A stretch of 64,000 bases of DNA from Dehalococcoidia bacterium. Lineage in GTDB: Bacteria > Chloroflexota > Dehalococcoidia > Lucifugimonadales > UBA3495. Of the stretch, positions 45,774-56,030 are shown in pieces. Made by a program: the position numbers and the translations under genes. The notes beneath the pieces are model-generated. The model had not been told where the DNA came from and did not search any database. It saw nothing but the letters and a program-made list of their open reading frames with translations. Where the stretch lies: the NCBI GenBank assembly GCA_965232885.1, contig CBDDQX010000001.1, positions 451,922 through 515,921 on the forward strand, read 5' to 3'. The first letter of the stretch is position 1. Each line of letters opens with the position of its first letter.

Positions 45774-46280
45774 TCAGCCATGCAGCTCACCATCTCTTTC
45801 GCCAAGGGGCATGATGTTCCTTTCCAGCGTTTCCAAGGTCTTTTGTATGGAATTCAGAGATTCACCTATGGCTTGAATATCCCCTGGCCCTGAATTCCTT
45901 TCTACTGCATCGCCTACTAGAGATTGTATTAGCCTCAGTTGTCCAATGCCTTCGACAAGTTCTTCTTTGGATTGTTCAAGTCCAGTGGGCATCATCCCGA
46001 TAACATCGTTGAGCAGTGTCCGAAGTTCGCGATAGAGTTCCAGAGCGGCAACCCAACTCTCATCGCGGTGCAATGTGTTCAAGCGGCCAATCACGGAGAG
46101 CGCTCTCTGAACACTGACCAAGCAAAGGGTTCGGTTGATCGAATTTTGCGCCTCTTTAGCCGCCTGCTCTGCCGACTTGGCGGCACGGCGAGCCAAGAAA
46201 GCAAATATCAAACCTACAATACTCGCTGTCAGCCCGCCCGCGCCGATGGCAAGGCCAAGCCATTCCATCCATGTCCCCAT
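45774..46280 (-). CDS. Hypothetical N-terminally membrane-anchored helical protein
   Basis: One TM segment is present (WLGLAIGAGGLTASIVGLIFAFLA), followed by an all-helical region. I recognise no family. I counted GC of 25/60 in the line at 45841. Confidence 0.4.
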   Translation of the reverse strand: MGTWMEWLGLAIGAGGLTASIVGLIFAFLARRAAKSAEQAAKEAQNSINRTLCLVSVQRALSVIGRLNTLHRDESWVAALELYRELRTLLNDVIGMMPTGLEQSKEELVEGIGQLRLIQSLVGDAVERNSGPGDIQAIGESLNSIQKTLETLERNIMPLGERDGELHG

Positions 46281-46354
46281 TAGGACAATTGTATCATTTG
46301 CTCAATTCTGTTAGACCCTAATGTACTTGAGATTTTAGGATTCAGCCCTACCCC

Positions 46355-46762
46355 TTAAGCCGACACCTCCTGGTGCCTCGGGTGGAAGCCGGAGTGGTCC
46401 TCGAAGGCGCCGGATTCAGGGAAGATTTGACGATAGAGGCCGCGGGCGCGGGCCTTGATGGTCTTGTTGACGCGCAGATACAGGGCGGTGGGGTCGGCCT
46501 GCTGTTCCTGGTACATCAGGCTCTGCAGCGGGCTGCCGTCCTCCAGTTCCCAGATGCACAGATACGTCAGCGCGCCTTCGCCTTCCTCCAGCTTGAAACG
46601 GCGGGCGCTGACATATCCCGGAATTTCCATCCGCTCCGGCAGGTGTTGCTCGTTGTACCACTTGTTGAATTCAGCCTCGTCCTCCGGGTCTACCTCCATC
46701 GTGACCACCAGTACCGTGGCGCCTATGGGAATCGTGGGGTGATTGCCGTTCCTGTCTGCCAT
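46355..46762 (-). CDS. Dimeric alpha/beta-barrel protein (EthD/DUF4286-like)
   Basis: The protein includes VLVVTMEVDPEDEAEFNKWYNEQHLPERMEIPGYVSARRFKL. Confidence 0.4.
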   Translation of the reverse strand: MADRNGNHPTIPIGATVLVVTMEVDPEDEAEFNKWYNEQHLPERMEIPGYVSARRFKLEEGEGALTYLCIWELEDGSPLQSLMYQEQQADPTALYLRVNKTIKARARGLYRQIFPESGAFEDHSGFHPRHQEVSA

Positions 46763-46885
46763 AGCTGTCCCTCCTTTCGTGTTTAGCGTGGGCCGTGTTT
46801 AGCATGGGCCAGTATACCAAGACGGAATCGGCGATTTGACGAATTCAGGTTGACGCTGTGCCTACATAACGCTATTGTTTCAGGG

Positions 46886-47353
46886 ATGGTCAAATTGAAT
46901 GTCAACGGCATGGAACACGAGGCCGAAGTCCCGGCAGGGCGGCTCCTGCTGGATTTCCTGCGCTATGACCTGGGCCTGACCGGCTCCAAGGAAGGTTGCG
47001 GCGTGGGCGTCTGCGGCGCTTGCACCGTGCTGGTGGACGGCGAGCTGCACGCCTCCTGCATCACATTGGCTGCCGCTGTGGAAGGCTACGAGGTCACTAC
47101 CATCGAAGGCATCGCTGAAGCGGATCGGCTGCACCCGGTTCAGCAGGCCTTCATAGACTACGGCGGCTTTCAGTGCGGCATCTGTACGCCAGGCCAGGTA
47201 ATCTCGGCCAAAGCTCTGCTGGATTTCAACCCCCACCCAACCGAGGACGAAATCAAGCGCTGGATGATGGGAAACCTCTGCCGCTGCACCGGCTACTACG
47301 GCATCGTCAACTCGGTGGCCGCTGCCGCGCGTGATAATACATCCCGTCAATGA
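46886..47353 (+). CDS. coxS: (2Fe-2S)-binding small subunit of a xanthine dehydrogenase/CO dehydrogenase-family enzyme
   Basis: The protein includes GSKEGCGVGVCGACTVLVDG...SCITLA and FQCGICTPG...NLCRCTGY. Confidence 0.85.
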   Translation: MVKLNVNGMEHEAEVPAGRLLLDFLRYDLGLTGSKEGCGVGVCGACTVLVDGELHASCITLAAAVEGYEVTTIEGIAEADRLHPVQQAFIDYGGFQCGICTPGQVISAKALLDFNPHPTEDEIKRWMMGNLCRCTGYYGIVNSVAAAARDNTSRQ

Positions 47354-47380
47354 ACGTGTTTTCTATGGCGCTGGCCTTCC

Positions 47381-47475
47381 CGTCATTCCCGCGAAGGCGG
47401 GAATCCATAGGCCGGAGCATTCGCCAACTTTCTCCTAGCAAGGGTGTATGGATTCCCGCTTTCGCGGGAATGATG
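47381..47475. repeat. REP/MITE-like inverted repeat, family 2
   Basis: CGTCATTCCCGCGAAGGCGGGAATCCATA (47381-47409) pairs with TATGGATTCCCGCTTTCGCGGGAATGATG (47447-47475). Confidence 0.75.
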
Positions 47476-47558
47476 GGAGTAGCTGGGATGACGGGAGTAG
47501 CTAGAATGACGGAAGTAGCTAGAATGACGGAAGTAATGGAAATGACGGGGTAACGGGA
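47469..47558. repeat. 18-nt tandem repeat, 5 units
   Basis: The units are AATGATGGGAGTAGCTGG, GATGACGGGAGTAGCTAG, AATGACGGAAGTAGCTAG, AATGACGGAAGTAATGGA and AATGACGGGGTAACGGGA. The array grows out of the right arm of the family 2 element. Confidence 0.85.
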
Positions 47559-47583
47559 ACGAAAGGGAAGTGATAATCGGCTG

Positions 47584-48495
47584 ATGTTCGACTTCGAGTT
47601 CCATAATCCGTCGTCGCTGGAAGATGCGCTGCAAATGCTGGAGCGTTACGGCGATGACGCGCGCCTGATGGCCGGCGGCACCGCCTTGGTGTTGCAGATG
47701 AAGCAGCGGTTCGCCCAGCCTGCCCACGTCATCGGCCTCCGCTCTCTGGCCGCCTTTAGCCCTGAGCGAGTCGAAGGGAACGGCCTGGGCGCTGTTGAGG
47801 AAACCGACGGAACGCTCCGAATCGGCTCGTTGTGTACGCTGCGGCGGTTGGAAGACCACCCGCTGCTCCGCGCCCGCGTTCCCCTGCTGGCGGAAACCGT
47901 GAGCCGAGTCGCCACCCGCCGCATCCGTAGCATGGCCACCATCGGCGGCGGCCTCGCCAACGGCGACCCGAACCAGGACCCTCCACCTACCCTCATCGCT
48001 CTCGGAGCGTCTGTGGAACTAACGTCTCTGTCCGGTGTCCGAGTATGTCCCGCCGAAGAGTTGTTCATTGACTACTATGAGACCGCCGTGCGCCCCGGCG
48101 AGGCGCTGACCGCCGTTAATGTTCCCGTGCCGGGAGAGGACGCCTGCGGCGCATACCTGAAGTTCCTGCCTCGCACCGCCGAAGACTATGCCACGGTATC
48201 GGTGGCCGCAGTCGTGTCGCGCAGCCCAGACAACACCTGCCGGGATATTCGCATCGCGCTGGGCGCGGTGGGTATGACGCCGGTCCGCGCCCACGCCGCC
48301 GAGGACCTGCTGCGCGGCCAGGAACTGACCGAGGAGGCCATCCGCATCGCCGCCGCCACAGTCCCGGACGCCGTTGACCCGCTGGACGATTTTCGTGGTT
48401 CTGCGGACTACAAGCGCGAGATGGCCGGGGTGTTCACGCGCCGGGCGGTGATGCAGGCCCTCTCAACTTCTACCTCTCCCCGTGGGAGAGGGTAA
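47584..48495 (+). CDS. coxM: FAD-binding medium subunit of a xanthine dehydrogenase/CO dehydrogenase-family enzyme
   Basis: The protein begins MFDFEFHNPSSLEDALQMLERYGDDARLMAGGTALVLQMK. The last ~10 codons (..STSPRGRG) run into a REP element. Confidence 0.8.
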   Translation: MFDFEFHNPSSLEDALQMLERYGDDARLMAGGTALVLQMKQRFAQPAHVIGLRSLAAFSPERVEGNGLGAVEETDGTLRIGSLCTLRRLEDHPLLRARVPLLAETVSRVATRRIRSMATIGGGLANGDPNQDPPPTLIALGASVELTSLSGVRVCPAEELFIDYYETAVRPGEALTAVNVPVPGEDACGAYLKFLPRTAEDYATVSVAAVVSRSPDNTCRDIRIALGAVGMTPVRAHAAEDLLRGQELTEEAIRIAAATVPDAVDPLDDFRGSADYKREMAGVFTRRAVMQALSTSTSPRGRG

Positions 48496-48522
48496 GGGTG
48501 AGCGCAGAGGGACAGCGACACT

Positions 48523-48984
48523 ATGAAGCTGCAAATTTCCTGCCTGATTCCCGCAGGGCTGAACGAAAGCTGGTATTTCCTGATGGACGTGGCCAACTCC
48601 GCCAAATGCGTCCCCGGAGTGGTGGACGCTACCCCGGAAGGTGAAGATTGCTATCGCGGCTCCCTGCGGGCAAAGGTCGGCCCGATGAGCATTACCCTGT
48701 CCGGCACGGTCACCGTACAGGAACGGGAAGCGGAATCCGGGCGCGCCCGCTTCCTCGTGGAGGCCAGCGACCGGCGGGTCGGCGGCGGCGTCAAGACCGA
48801 TATGCTGATGCAACTGAAAGCCCAGTCGCCTGTCGAGACCGAGCTGGCCATCGAGACCGACACCACCTTCATGGGCCGACTTGGCGAGCTGGGTCAACCG
48901 CTAATCCGCCGCAAGGCCCAGTCCACCATCGAAGAGTTCGCCCGCAACCTGAGCCGCGAACTGGCGGAGCGGAGGGTAGGATAG
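48523..48984 (+). CDS. coxG: SRPBCC-fold CoxG-like protein
   Basis: The protein reads MKLQISCLIPAGLNESWYFLMDVANSAKCVPGVVDA...GSLRAKVGPMSITLSGTVTV...IRRKAQSTIEEFARNL. Confidence 0.7.
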   Translation: MKLQISCLIPAGLNESWYFLMDVANSAKCVPGVVDATPEGEDCYRGSLRAKVGPMSITLSGTVTVQEREAESGRARFLVEASDRRVGGGVKTDMLMQLKAQSPVETELAIETDTTFMGRLGELGQPLIRRKAQSTIEEFARNLSRELAERRVG

Positions 48985-49037
48985 GTGGGTCGGGACAACA
49001 GGAAAGGCCAGGGGTTCTGGTAAATGGTCAATTCTAT

Positions 49038-49301
49038 TTGTTCGCCCGGCATTTCTTGGATAACAGGGCTAGAGGCGAACACTCGGAGGCAACTGATGAC
49101 CGTATCATAGCGGCATTGAGCGAGCCGGACTATATCCAGCAGCCTGAGGAGAACCGTACCGTATACTGGAAAATGATTGCAGAGTGGGATGATAATAATT
49201 GGCGGTTGCTGGTAGTTGTCGCGGAAGAACGCGATGGGCCGCAAGTACTATCCGCATACAGAGACGCTAGAGGCAGGTGGGAGAGGTTATGGGAAACTTG
49301 A
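49038..49301 (+). CDS. DUF4258/BrnT-like putative toxin
   Basis: The protein includes FARHFLDNRARGEHSEATDDRIIAALSEPDYIQQ...RLLVVVAEERDGPQVLSAY. The TTG start is tentative. It overlaps the next gene by 13 nt. Confidence 0.4.
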   Translation: MFARHFLDNRARGEHSEATDDRIIAALSEPDYIQQPEENRTVYWKMIAEWDDNNWRLLVVVAEERDGPQVLSAYRDARGRWERLWET

Positions 49302-49768
49302 TTGATTTGGACATAGATTTCTCAGCGATTGGAGACTTGTTATCAATCTGGACAAAGGGGCCATCCAAAGGGGGAGGCCATTATGTAACGTTGAGACCTC
49401 ATATAGACACCTTCTATTTGGACGCAGATGCAGCAGATAAACATTGTGTCGGCATTTACTGGTTCGACGCCTGCCGCATCCTCCTGCCCGTGCTGGAGCG
49501 TGGCGATATGTCCGAAGTAGAAAAGTACCCCGAGTTGCTGGTGGACTACTGCCGCGAAACCGATACCTTAGTTTTCGGCAGACGCGAGGCAATCGTACGC
49601 AGCCAAGAAATGACGGAAGGGCTAACCGCCCATTTCGACCACACGGGGCTGGCTGGCAGCTTCACCCTGGAAAACGCATCAGACATCCTGCTGCGCCACT
49701 TCAGGAATCCGATAGACCAGGGTGATTATGCGCCGGTTGGCATAACCGCCCACGAGGTTTCGGAATAA
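49289..49768 (+). CDS. Putative antitoxin-like protein with two DUF2283-like segments
   Basis: The first segment is MGNLIDLDIDFSAIGDLLSIW and the second is ELLVDYCRETDTLVFG. The assignment is weak. Confidence 0.3.
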   Translation: MGNLIDLDIDFSAIGDLLSIWTKGPSKGGGHYVTLRPHIDTFYLDADAADKHCVGIYWFDACRILLPVLERGDMSEVEKYPELLVDYCRETDTLVFGRREAIVRSQEMTEGLTAHFDHTGLAGSFTLENASDILLRHFRNPIDQGDYAPVGITAHEVSE

Positions 49769-49834
49769 CCTGCGTGAGGGAATAACCCCTGTCCCATATT
49801 AATCTCCCCACATTCATCTCTATTGAGGAAAGCC

Positions 49835-51709
<1,875 letters not shown>

Positions 51710-51719
51710 CAACTAACTG

Positions 51720-51787
51720 TCGCGGGAATAGTAAACTCTTCTATGGAAATAGCATCCCGGAATCTCCTGCGTCCGTCATTCCCGCGA
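51720..51787. repeat. Family 2-related inverted repeat
   Basis: TCGCGGGAAT (51720-51729) pairs with ATTCCCGCGA (51778-51787). The right arm CGTCATTCCCGCGA matches family 2. Confidence 0.5.
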
Positions 51788-51830
51788 ACTGGGGAATGGC
51801 GGGTTAAATATCCTGCCAGGAACCGAATGA

Positions 51831-53111
51831 ATGTATCTGAAGCTCGACCATCCGCCGGTTTCCCTAGACGCCTACCGCCCCTATATGGACTCCGACCTTG
51901 CCGATGAACTGATATGCGTTGCCTCGGAACTCCGGGGGGCGCGCGTGGCCCACCTGAACGCGACCGCCATTGGCGGCGGGGTGGCTGAGATCCTTCAATC
52001 CATGGTTCCTCTGTTCAATGCCTTGGGCATTGCCACCGAGCGCATAGTCATAGACCCTACCGAGGCTGAGTTTTTCCAGGTCACCAAGAAGATTCATAAC
52101 CTGCTGCAAGGGGCGGAAGGCTCCCTCAGCAAACAGGAACTGGAAGTCTATCACGCCAACCTGCGGCGGGTGGCCGACGCCATGCGCCGCGACCAACTGT
52201 CGGCGGACGTGTGGTTCATGCACGACCCGCAGTTGCTCCCGCTGGCCGGGATGCTGCGTCAAGGCCAGCCTTGCGGCGGCGGCAGCGCGGCTTGGCTCTG
52301 GATTTGCCACATAGACCTGACCCGCCCCAACCAGTCAGCCATTGATTCCCTGCTTCCCATGCAACAGGACTACGACCACCTGATTTTCTCGCTGCAACAG
52401 TATGTTCCAGTCAAGCAGGTGTCGGACAAGCCAGTCTATATCGCTCCGCCCGCCATAGACCCGCTGGCCGAAAAGAACAACCCGATGGACGAACGGAATG
52501 CCTGGGATATAGTGACTTCAATGGGTATAGACCGCCACCGCCCGCTCATCACCCAGGTCTCCCGCTTCGACCTGTGGAAAGACCCGTGGGGAGTCATAGA
52601 CGCCTTCCGTCTGGCCCGCGAATCTGTTCCCGGTCTCCAGTTGGCTTTGCTGGGCCTCTCGCAGGCCAGCGACGACCCGGAAGCAGGCGAAGTCCTGAAC
52701 AGCGTTGTCACTCACATGGCGGGCGACCCGGACATCCACCTTTTCCACGACCCCGACTCCATTCCAGCAGGCAATGATCAAGTGGTCAACGCCCTCCAGA
52801 TGGCATCGTCAGTGCTGGTGCAAAAGTCCACCCGCGAAGGTTTCGGACTGACGGTCACCGAGGGGATGTGGAAGGGCAAGCCGATGATTGGCGGCAACGC
52901 GGGCGGCATCCGAATCCAGATTGACGACGGACAAAACGGCTATCTCGTATCCTCTCCCCAAGAATGCGCCCGCCGCATAGTCACCCTGCTCCAGGACAAC
53001 GAACTGGCCTCCTTAATCGGCGCGGCAGGCCGGGCCAGCGTCCGCCGCCGCTTCCTCCTCCCCCGCCTCGCCCTTGACTACCTCAAGGTCGCAAGGGAGC
53101 ACGTAGCCTAG
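51831..53111 (+). CDS. treT: GT4 glycosyltransferase, TreT-like (trehalose glycosyltransferring synthase)
   Basis: The protein includes GARVAHLNATAIGGGVAEILQSMVPLFNALGI...FFQVTKKIHNLLQG...HDPQ...WLWICHIDL. This matches my recollection of archaeal TreT blocks. Confidence 0.6.
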   Translation: MYLKLDHPPVSLDAYRPYMDSDLADELICVASELRGARVAHLNATAIGGGVAEILQSMVPLFNALGIATERIVIDPTEAEFFQVTKKIHNLLQGAEGSLSKQELEVYHANLRRVADAMRRDQLSADVWFMHDPQLLPLAGMLRQGQPCGGGSAAWLWICHIDLTRPNQSAIDSLLPMQQDYDHLIFSLQQYVPVKQVSDKPVYIAPPAIDPLAEKNNPMDERNAWDIVTSMGIDRHRPLITQVSRFDLWKDPWGVIDAFRLARESVPGLQLALLGLSQASDDPEAGEVLNSVVTHMAGDPDIHLFHDPDSIPAGNDQVVNALQMASSVLVQKSTREGFGLTVTEGMWKGKPMIGGNAGGIRIQIDDGQNGYLVSSPQECARRIVTLLQDNELASLIGAAGRASVRRRFLLPRLALDYLKVAREHVA

Positions 53112-53163
53112 GGCGGCAGCTTTTCGCTCTGGCAGCGTTCCAATTTACGTGGTATGACCATCG

Positions 53164-53241
53164 GTAGGGGGCAGGTTTCAAACCTGCCCCCTACACATTC
53201 CGGAATGACTTGGCAATCCTTGACCACCTATACCGGAACGC
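53164..53241. repeat. REP/MITE-like element, family 1 (copy 3)
   Basis: The sequence is GTAGGGGGCAGGTTTCAAACCTGCCCCCTACACATTCCGGAATGACTTGGCAATCCTTGACCACCTATACCGGAACGC. It contains the stop codon of the 53228..54049 gene. Confidence 0.7.
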
Positions 53242-54049
53242 TATCGAAGGGTTGCTCCGGGTTGCAAGCGATGAAGGTGGGGGATGGCGCTTCTGCCGGG
53301 AGCTCCTGGCTGATGCCGATGGTGACCGGAATGGTTGGGGTTCCGGTGGCCCGTTGCAGTATGTCCGCACGCCGGGATGCGTTTTCCCAGTCGCGCTGCT
53401 GGACGGTCATGGAGATTTCGGCGACAACGAAAACGTCCCCGCCTTCCTCTGCAAGTCCGGCGACGATGACGTCTGAGAGGGCCAGATCGTCAGCCTCATC
53501 CCAGGATATTCTGCCAGCCTCGGCGGCTTGGTCGCCCGCCGGCAGGGGGGCGGTGGCGTTGGCGCCCTTGGCCCGCGCAACCACAGCCGGATTTCTGACG
53601 CGCAGATGGCGCCTTGCCAGCCTGTCGGCGAGCCGCGCAACGGTGCTCTCGTAGTCCGTGCCCATTAGGTTGCTGAGATGCCCACCCATTCTGTCTAGGT
53701 CTGTTCGCATTGCCCTGTGCGAATCCATGAGGTTGCCGACTTTGACCGTGAGGTCATCGACTCTGACTGTGAGGCTGGATAGGTCTGCCTTTATTTCTTC
53801 AACGTCTTTGGTGAGAGTTTTTACGGTTTCACCGAGGGCCTCAACGGTTTTGCCGAGAGCCCCGACGGTTTTGCCGAGAGCCTCAACGGTTTCGCTGAGC
53901 GCCTTGACGGTTTCGGTGAGGGCTTTGACTTGCGCCGGCAGTTCCAGCAGCTCGTCGGTGAGTATGTGGCGGCGCAGCGCGTCCAAGAGCGCCGGTTCCC
54001 GCTCCATGGCGTCCAGAATGTCTTGGAAGGTATTGATTGGGGTGGTCAT
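53228..54049 (-). CDS. Coiled-coil protein with heptad tandem repeats and a conserved-looking C-terminal domain
   Basis: The N-terminal heptads read VKALTETVKALSETVEALGKTVGALGKTVEALGETVKTLTKDV. The C-terminus includes DDLALSDVIVAGLAEEGGDVFVVAEISMTVQQRDWENASRRADIL..GTPTIPVTIG. This resembles a family I recall from Thermus, cyanobacteria and Chloroflexi that may have a restriction-endonuclease-like fold. Confidence 0.45.
   Translation of the reverse strand: MTTPINTFQDILDAMEREPALLDALRRHILTDELLELPAQVKALTETVKALSETVEALGKTVGALGKTVEALGETVKTLTKDVEEIKADLSSLTVRVDDLTVKVGNLMDSHRAMRTDLDRMGGHLSNLMGTDYESTVARLADRLARRHLRVRNPAVVARAKGANATAPLPAGDQAAEAGRISWDEADDLALSDVIVAGLAEEGGDVFVVAEISMTVQQRDWENASRRADILQRATGTPTIPVTIGISQELPAEAPSPTFIACNPEQPFDSVPV
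53823..53927. repeat. 21-nt tandem repeat (5 units) inside the coding sequence
   Basis: ACGGTTT-initiated units start at 53823, 53844, 53865, 53886 and 53907. They encode the heptads of the minus-strand protein. Confidence 0.85.
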
Positions 54050-54143
54050 CTAGTTTCTCTCGTAGTAGGGCCACTTTTACTATCCATTATACAGACTGAA
54101 CTCTTGGTTGAGGCCCCATCTGCTCAGCAAATCAGCAGTTGAC

Positions 54144-54833
54144 TCAGCCTCCGGAATCTCCCTCCGACAGCAGCCGCAAGACTTCCGGGCTGAAAAGGCG
54201 GTTCGAGGGGCGAACCGAACGGTGCGGCTCCGCATCCTCGCCGGCAGGGGCAGCGCCCCATGCCCGGATGGGCAGGCGAGGCCCTTGGTCAATGGGGAGC
54301 TCAACCTGCCGGAGCCAGCGGTCCAGGCCAATGCCGGTCTGCTCGATGGCCGCCAGCACCACGACGCCAGCGGCCTTGGCGTCTCCCAGCGCGTCGTGCC
54401 GCTGGTAGCGGTATCCCAAGATGCGGCACAGGTTTTCCAGCCCGAAACCGCGCTTGGAAAAGCCTTCCCACGCCCGGCGCGCCACCAGGGTGGAGTCCAG
54501 CCAGGCACAGTCCAAGCGGGAGATTTCGTGCCGGTCGAAGGCCTGCTCCAAGGCCACGCGGTCAAACTGGCTGTGGCTGACCACGATCCTGCCGTCCAGC
54601 ATTTCGTGAAGGCTCCCCGCCACTTCGGGCAGCTTGGGCCAGCCGCGCACCGCCGCCGCAGTGATACCATGAACCGCGATGTTGTCGGGGTTGAATTTGG
54701 CCTCCGGGTCTATGTAGGACATCCACTCTTCGGCCAACTCGCCATCGCGGTAATGGGCAATACCTATCTGGCAGATGGAAAAAGCGTCGGGGTTGGCGGT
54801 CTCCAAGTCTATCGCCGTGAATTCCGTCGCCAT
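54144..54833 (-). CDS. DEDDh 3'-5' exonuclease (DnaQ-like domain protein)
   Basis: The protein includes FTAIDLETANPD..., NIAVHGIT, VVSHSQFDRVAL and HDALGDAKAAG. Confidence 0.8.
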   Translation of the reverse strand: MATEFTAIDLETANPDAFSICQIGIAHYRDGELAEEWMSYIDPEAKFNPDNIAVHGITAAAVRGWPKLPEVAGSLHEMLDGRIVVSHSQFDRVALEQAFDRHEISRLDCAWLDSTLVARRAWEGFSKRGFGLENLCRILGYRYQRHDALGDAKAAGVVVLAAIEQTGIGLDRWLRQVELPIDQGPRLPIRAWGAAPAGEDAEPHRSVRPSNRLFSPEVLRLLSEGDSGG

Positions 54834-54893
54834 ACTCCCTCGTCATTCTCCCTCTCGCCCTGAACTTGCCGAAGGGAGGGAGAGGGAACTTTA

Positions 54894-56030
54894 TTACCCC
54901 CCGGCCAGCTCAGCGGCGCGGGCCGAGGCCCAGGCGTCGGCTTCCAGCACCTCGCCCGCATCCTCTCCGGACATCGGGGTATGCTCTTCAATAATCCGCT
55001 CCACCAGGCGGTGGATACCTCCGTAGCTGATCCTGCCGTCGAGGAATGCCTGCACCGCCACCTCGTCGGCGGCGCTGAGCACGGCGGGATAGGTGCCGCC
55101 CTTCCTGCCTGCTTCGATGGCCAGCGAGAAGCAGGGGTAGCGGGCGGGTTCCAACGGGTCGAAGGTCAAGGACTGGGAAATGGTGGTGTCCAGGCGCGGA
55201 ATCATGGAGTTGGGCAGACGCTGCGGGTGGAACAGCGCGTATTGGATGGGCAGGCGCATATCGGGCGGCCCCATCTGCGCCTTCACAGAACCGTCGGCAA
55301 ACTCCACCATGGAGTGGATAGTGCTTTGCGGATGCACCACCACCTCTATGCGTTCCCACGGCACACCAAACAGCCAGTGGGACTCGATCACCTCGAAGGC
55401 TTTGTTCATCAAGGTCGCGGAGTCTATGGTTATCTTCTGGCCCATCCGCCAAGTGGGATGCCGCAACGCCTGCTCCGGCGTGACATTCTCCATTTCCTCC
55501 AGCGGAGTGGTGCGGAAGGGGCCACCGGAGGCGGTAATCAGGAGGCGCAGGATTTCCCACTCTCCTTTTTCATTAACCGGCTCCCCCTGGAGGCATTGCC
55601 AGATGGCGCTGGGTTCGCTGTCCACCGGCAGCACCCGCCCACCGTAGCGGGCCTCGTATTCTTTAATCAGCTTGCCGGCCATGACGATGGGTTCCTTGTT
55701 GGACAAGGCCACCGGTTTCCCCGCCGCCAGCGCAGTCAGGGTGGGAGTCAGGCCAACGCTGCCCATCAAGGCCACCATGACCTGGTCAACCCGGCTCAGC
55801 GCAACCATCTGCTCCATGGGAGTGAAGGATGCGTTGGGGAAATCGCCGGGGCCGGCGGCCGCGCTCCAGACGTGGCGCGGATTGAATTCCTCTACCTGCT
55901 GCTTCAACAGTTCGGTGTTGTTGCCCGCCGACAAGCCCACAACCTCGAACTCGTCGGGGAAGGCCCGGACGATGTCCAGCGTCTGCCGTCCAATGGAGCC
56001 GGTGGAGCCAAGAACTACAATTCTTCTCAT
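54894..56030 (-). CDS. dxr: 1-deoxy-D-xylulose 5-phosphate reductoisomerase
   Basis: The protein includes MRRIVVLGSTGSIGRQTLDIV...ALSNKE...PVDSEPSAIWQC...ITIDSATLMNK. Confidence 0.95.
   Translation of the reverse strand: MRRIVVLGSTGSIGRQTLDIVRAFPDEFEVVGLSAGNNTELLKQQVEEFNPRHVWSAAAGPGDFPNASFTPMEQMVALSRVDQVMVALMGSVGLTPTLTALAAGKPVALSNKEPIVMAGKLIKEYEARYGGRVLPVDSEPSAIWQCLQGEPVNEKGEWEILRLLITASGGPFRTTPLEEMENVTPEQALRHPTWRMGQKITIDSATLMNKAFEVIESHWLFGVPWERIEVVVHPQSTIHSMVEFADGSVKAQMGPPDMRLPIQYALFHPQRLPNSMIPRLDTTISQSLTFDPLEPARYPCFSLAIEAGRKGGTYPAVLSAADEVAVQAFLDGRISYGGIHRLVERIIEEHTPMSGEDAGEVLEADAWASARAAELAGG

Noticed and set aside
47469-47558. Possible CRISPR array (also the 21-nt repeats at 53823-53927)
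   Set aside because: The units are contiguous 18-nt or 21-nt tandem repeats without spacers. The second set is in-frame coding heptads. No cas genes lie in the window.
49769-49834. glmS ribozyme upstream of glmS; lysine riboswitch upstream of lysC (24987-25108)
   Set aside because: The leaders are only about 66 nt and 120 nt long, too short for these elements. They also lack the conserved cores as I remember them.
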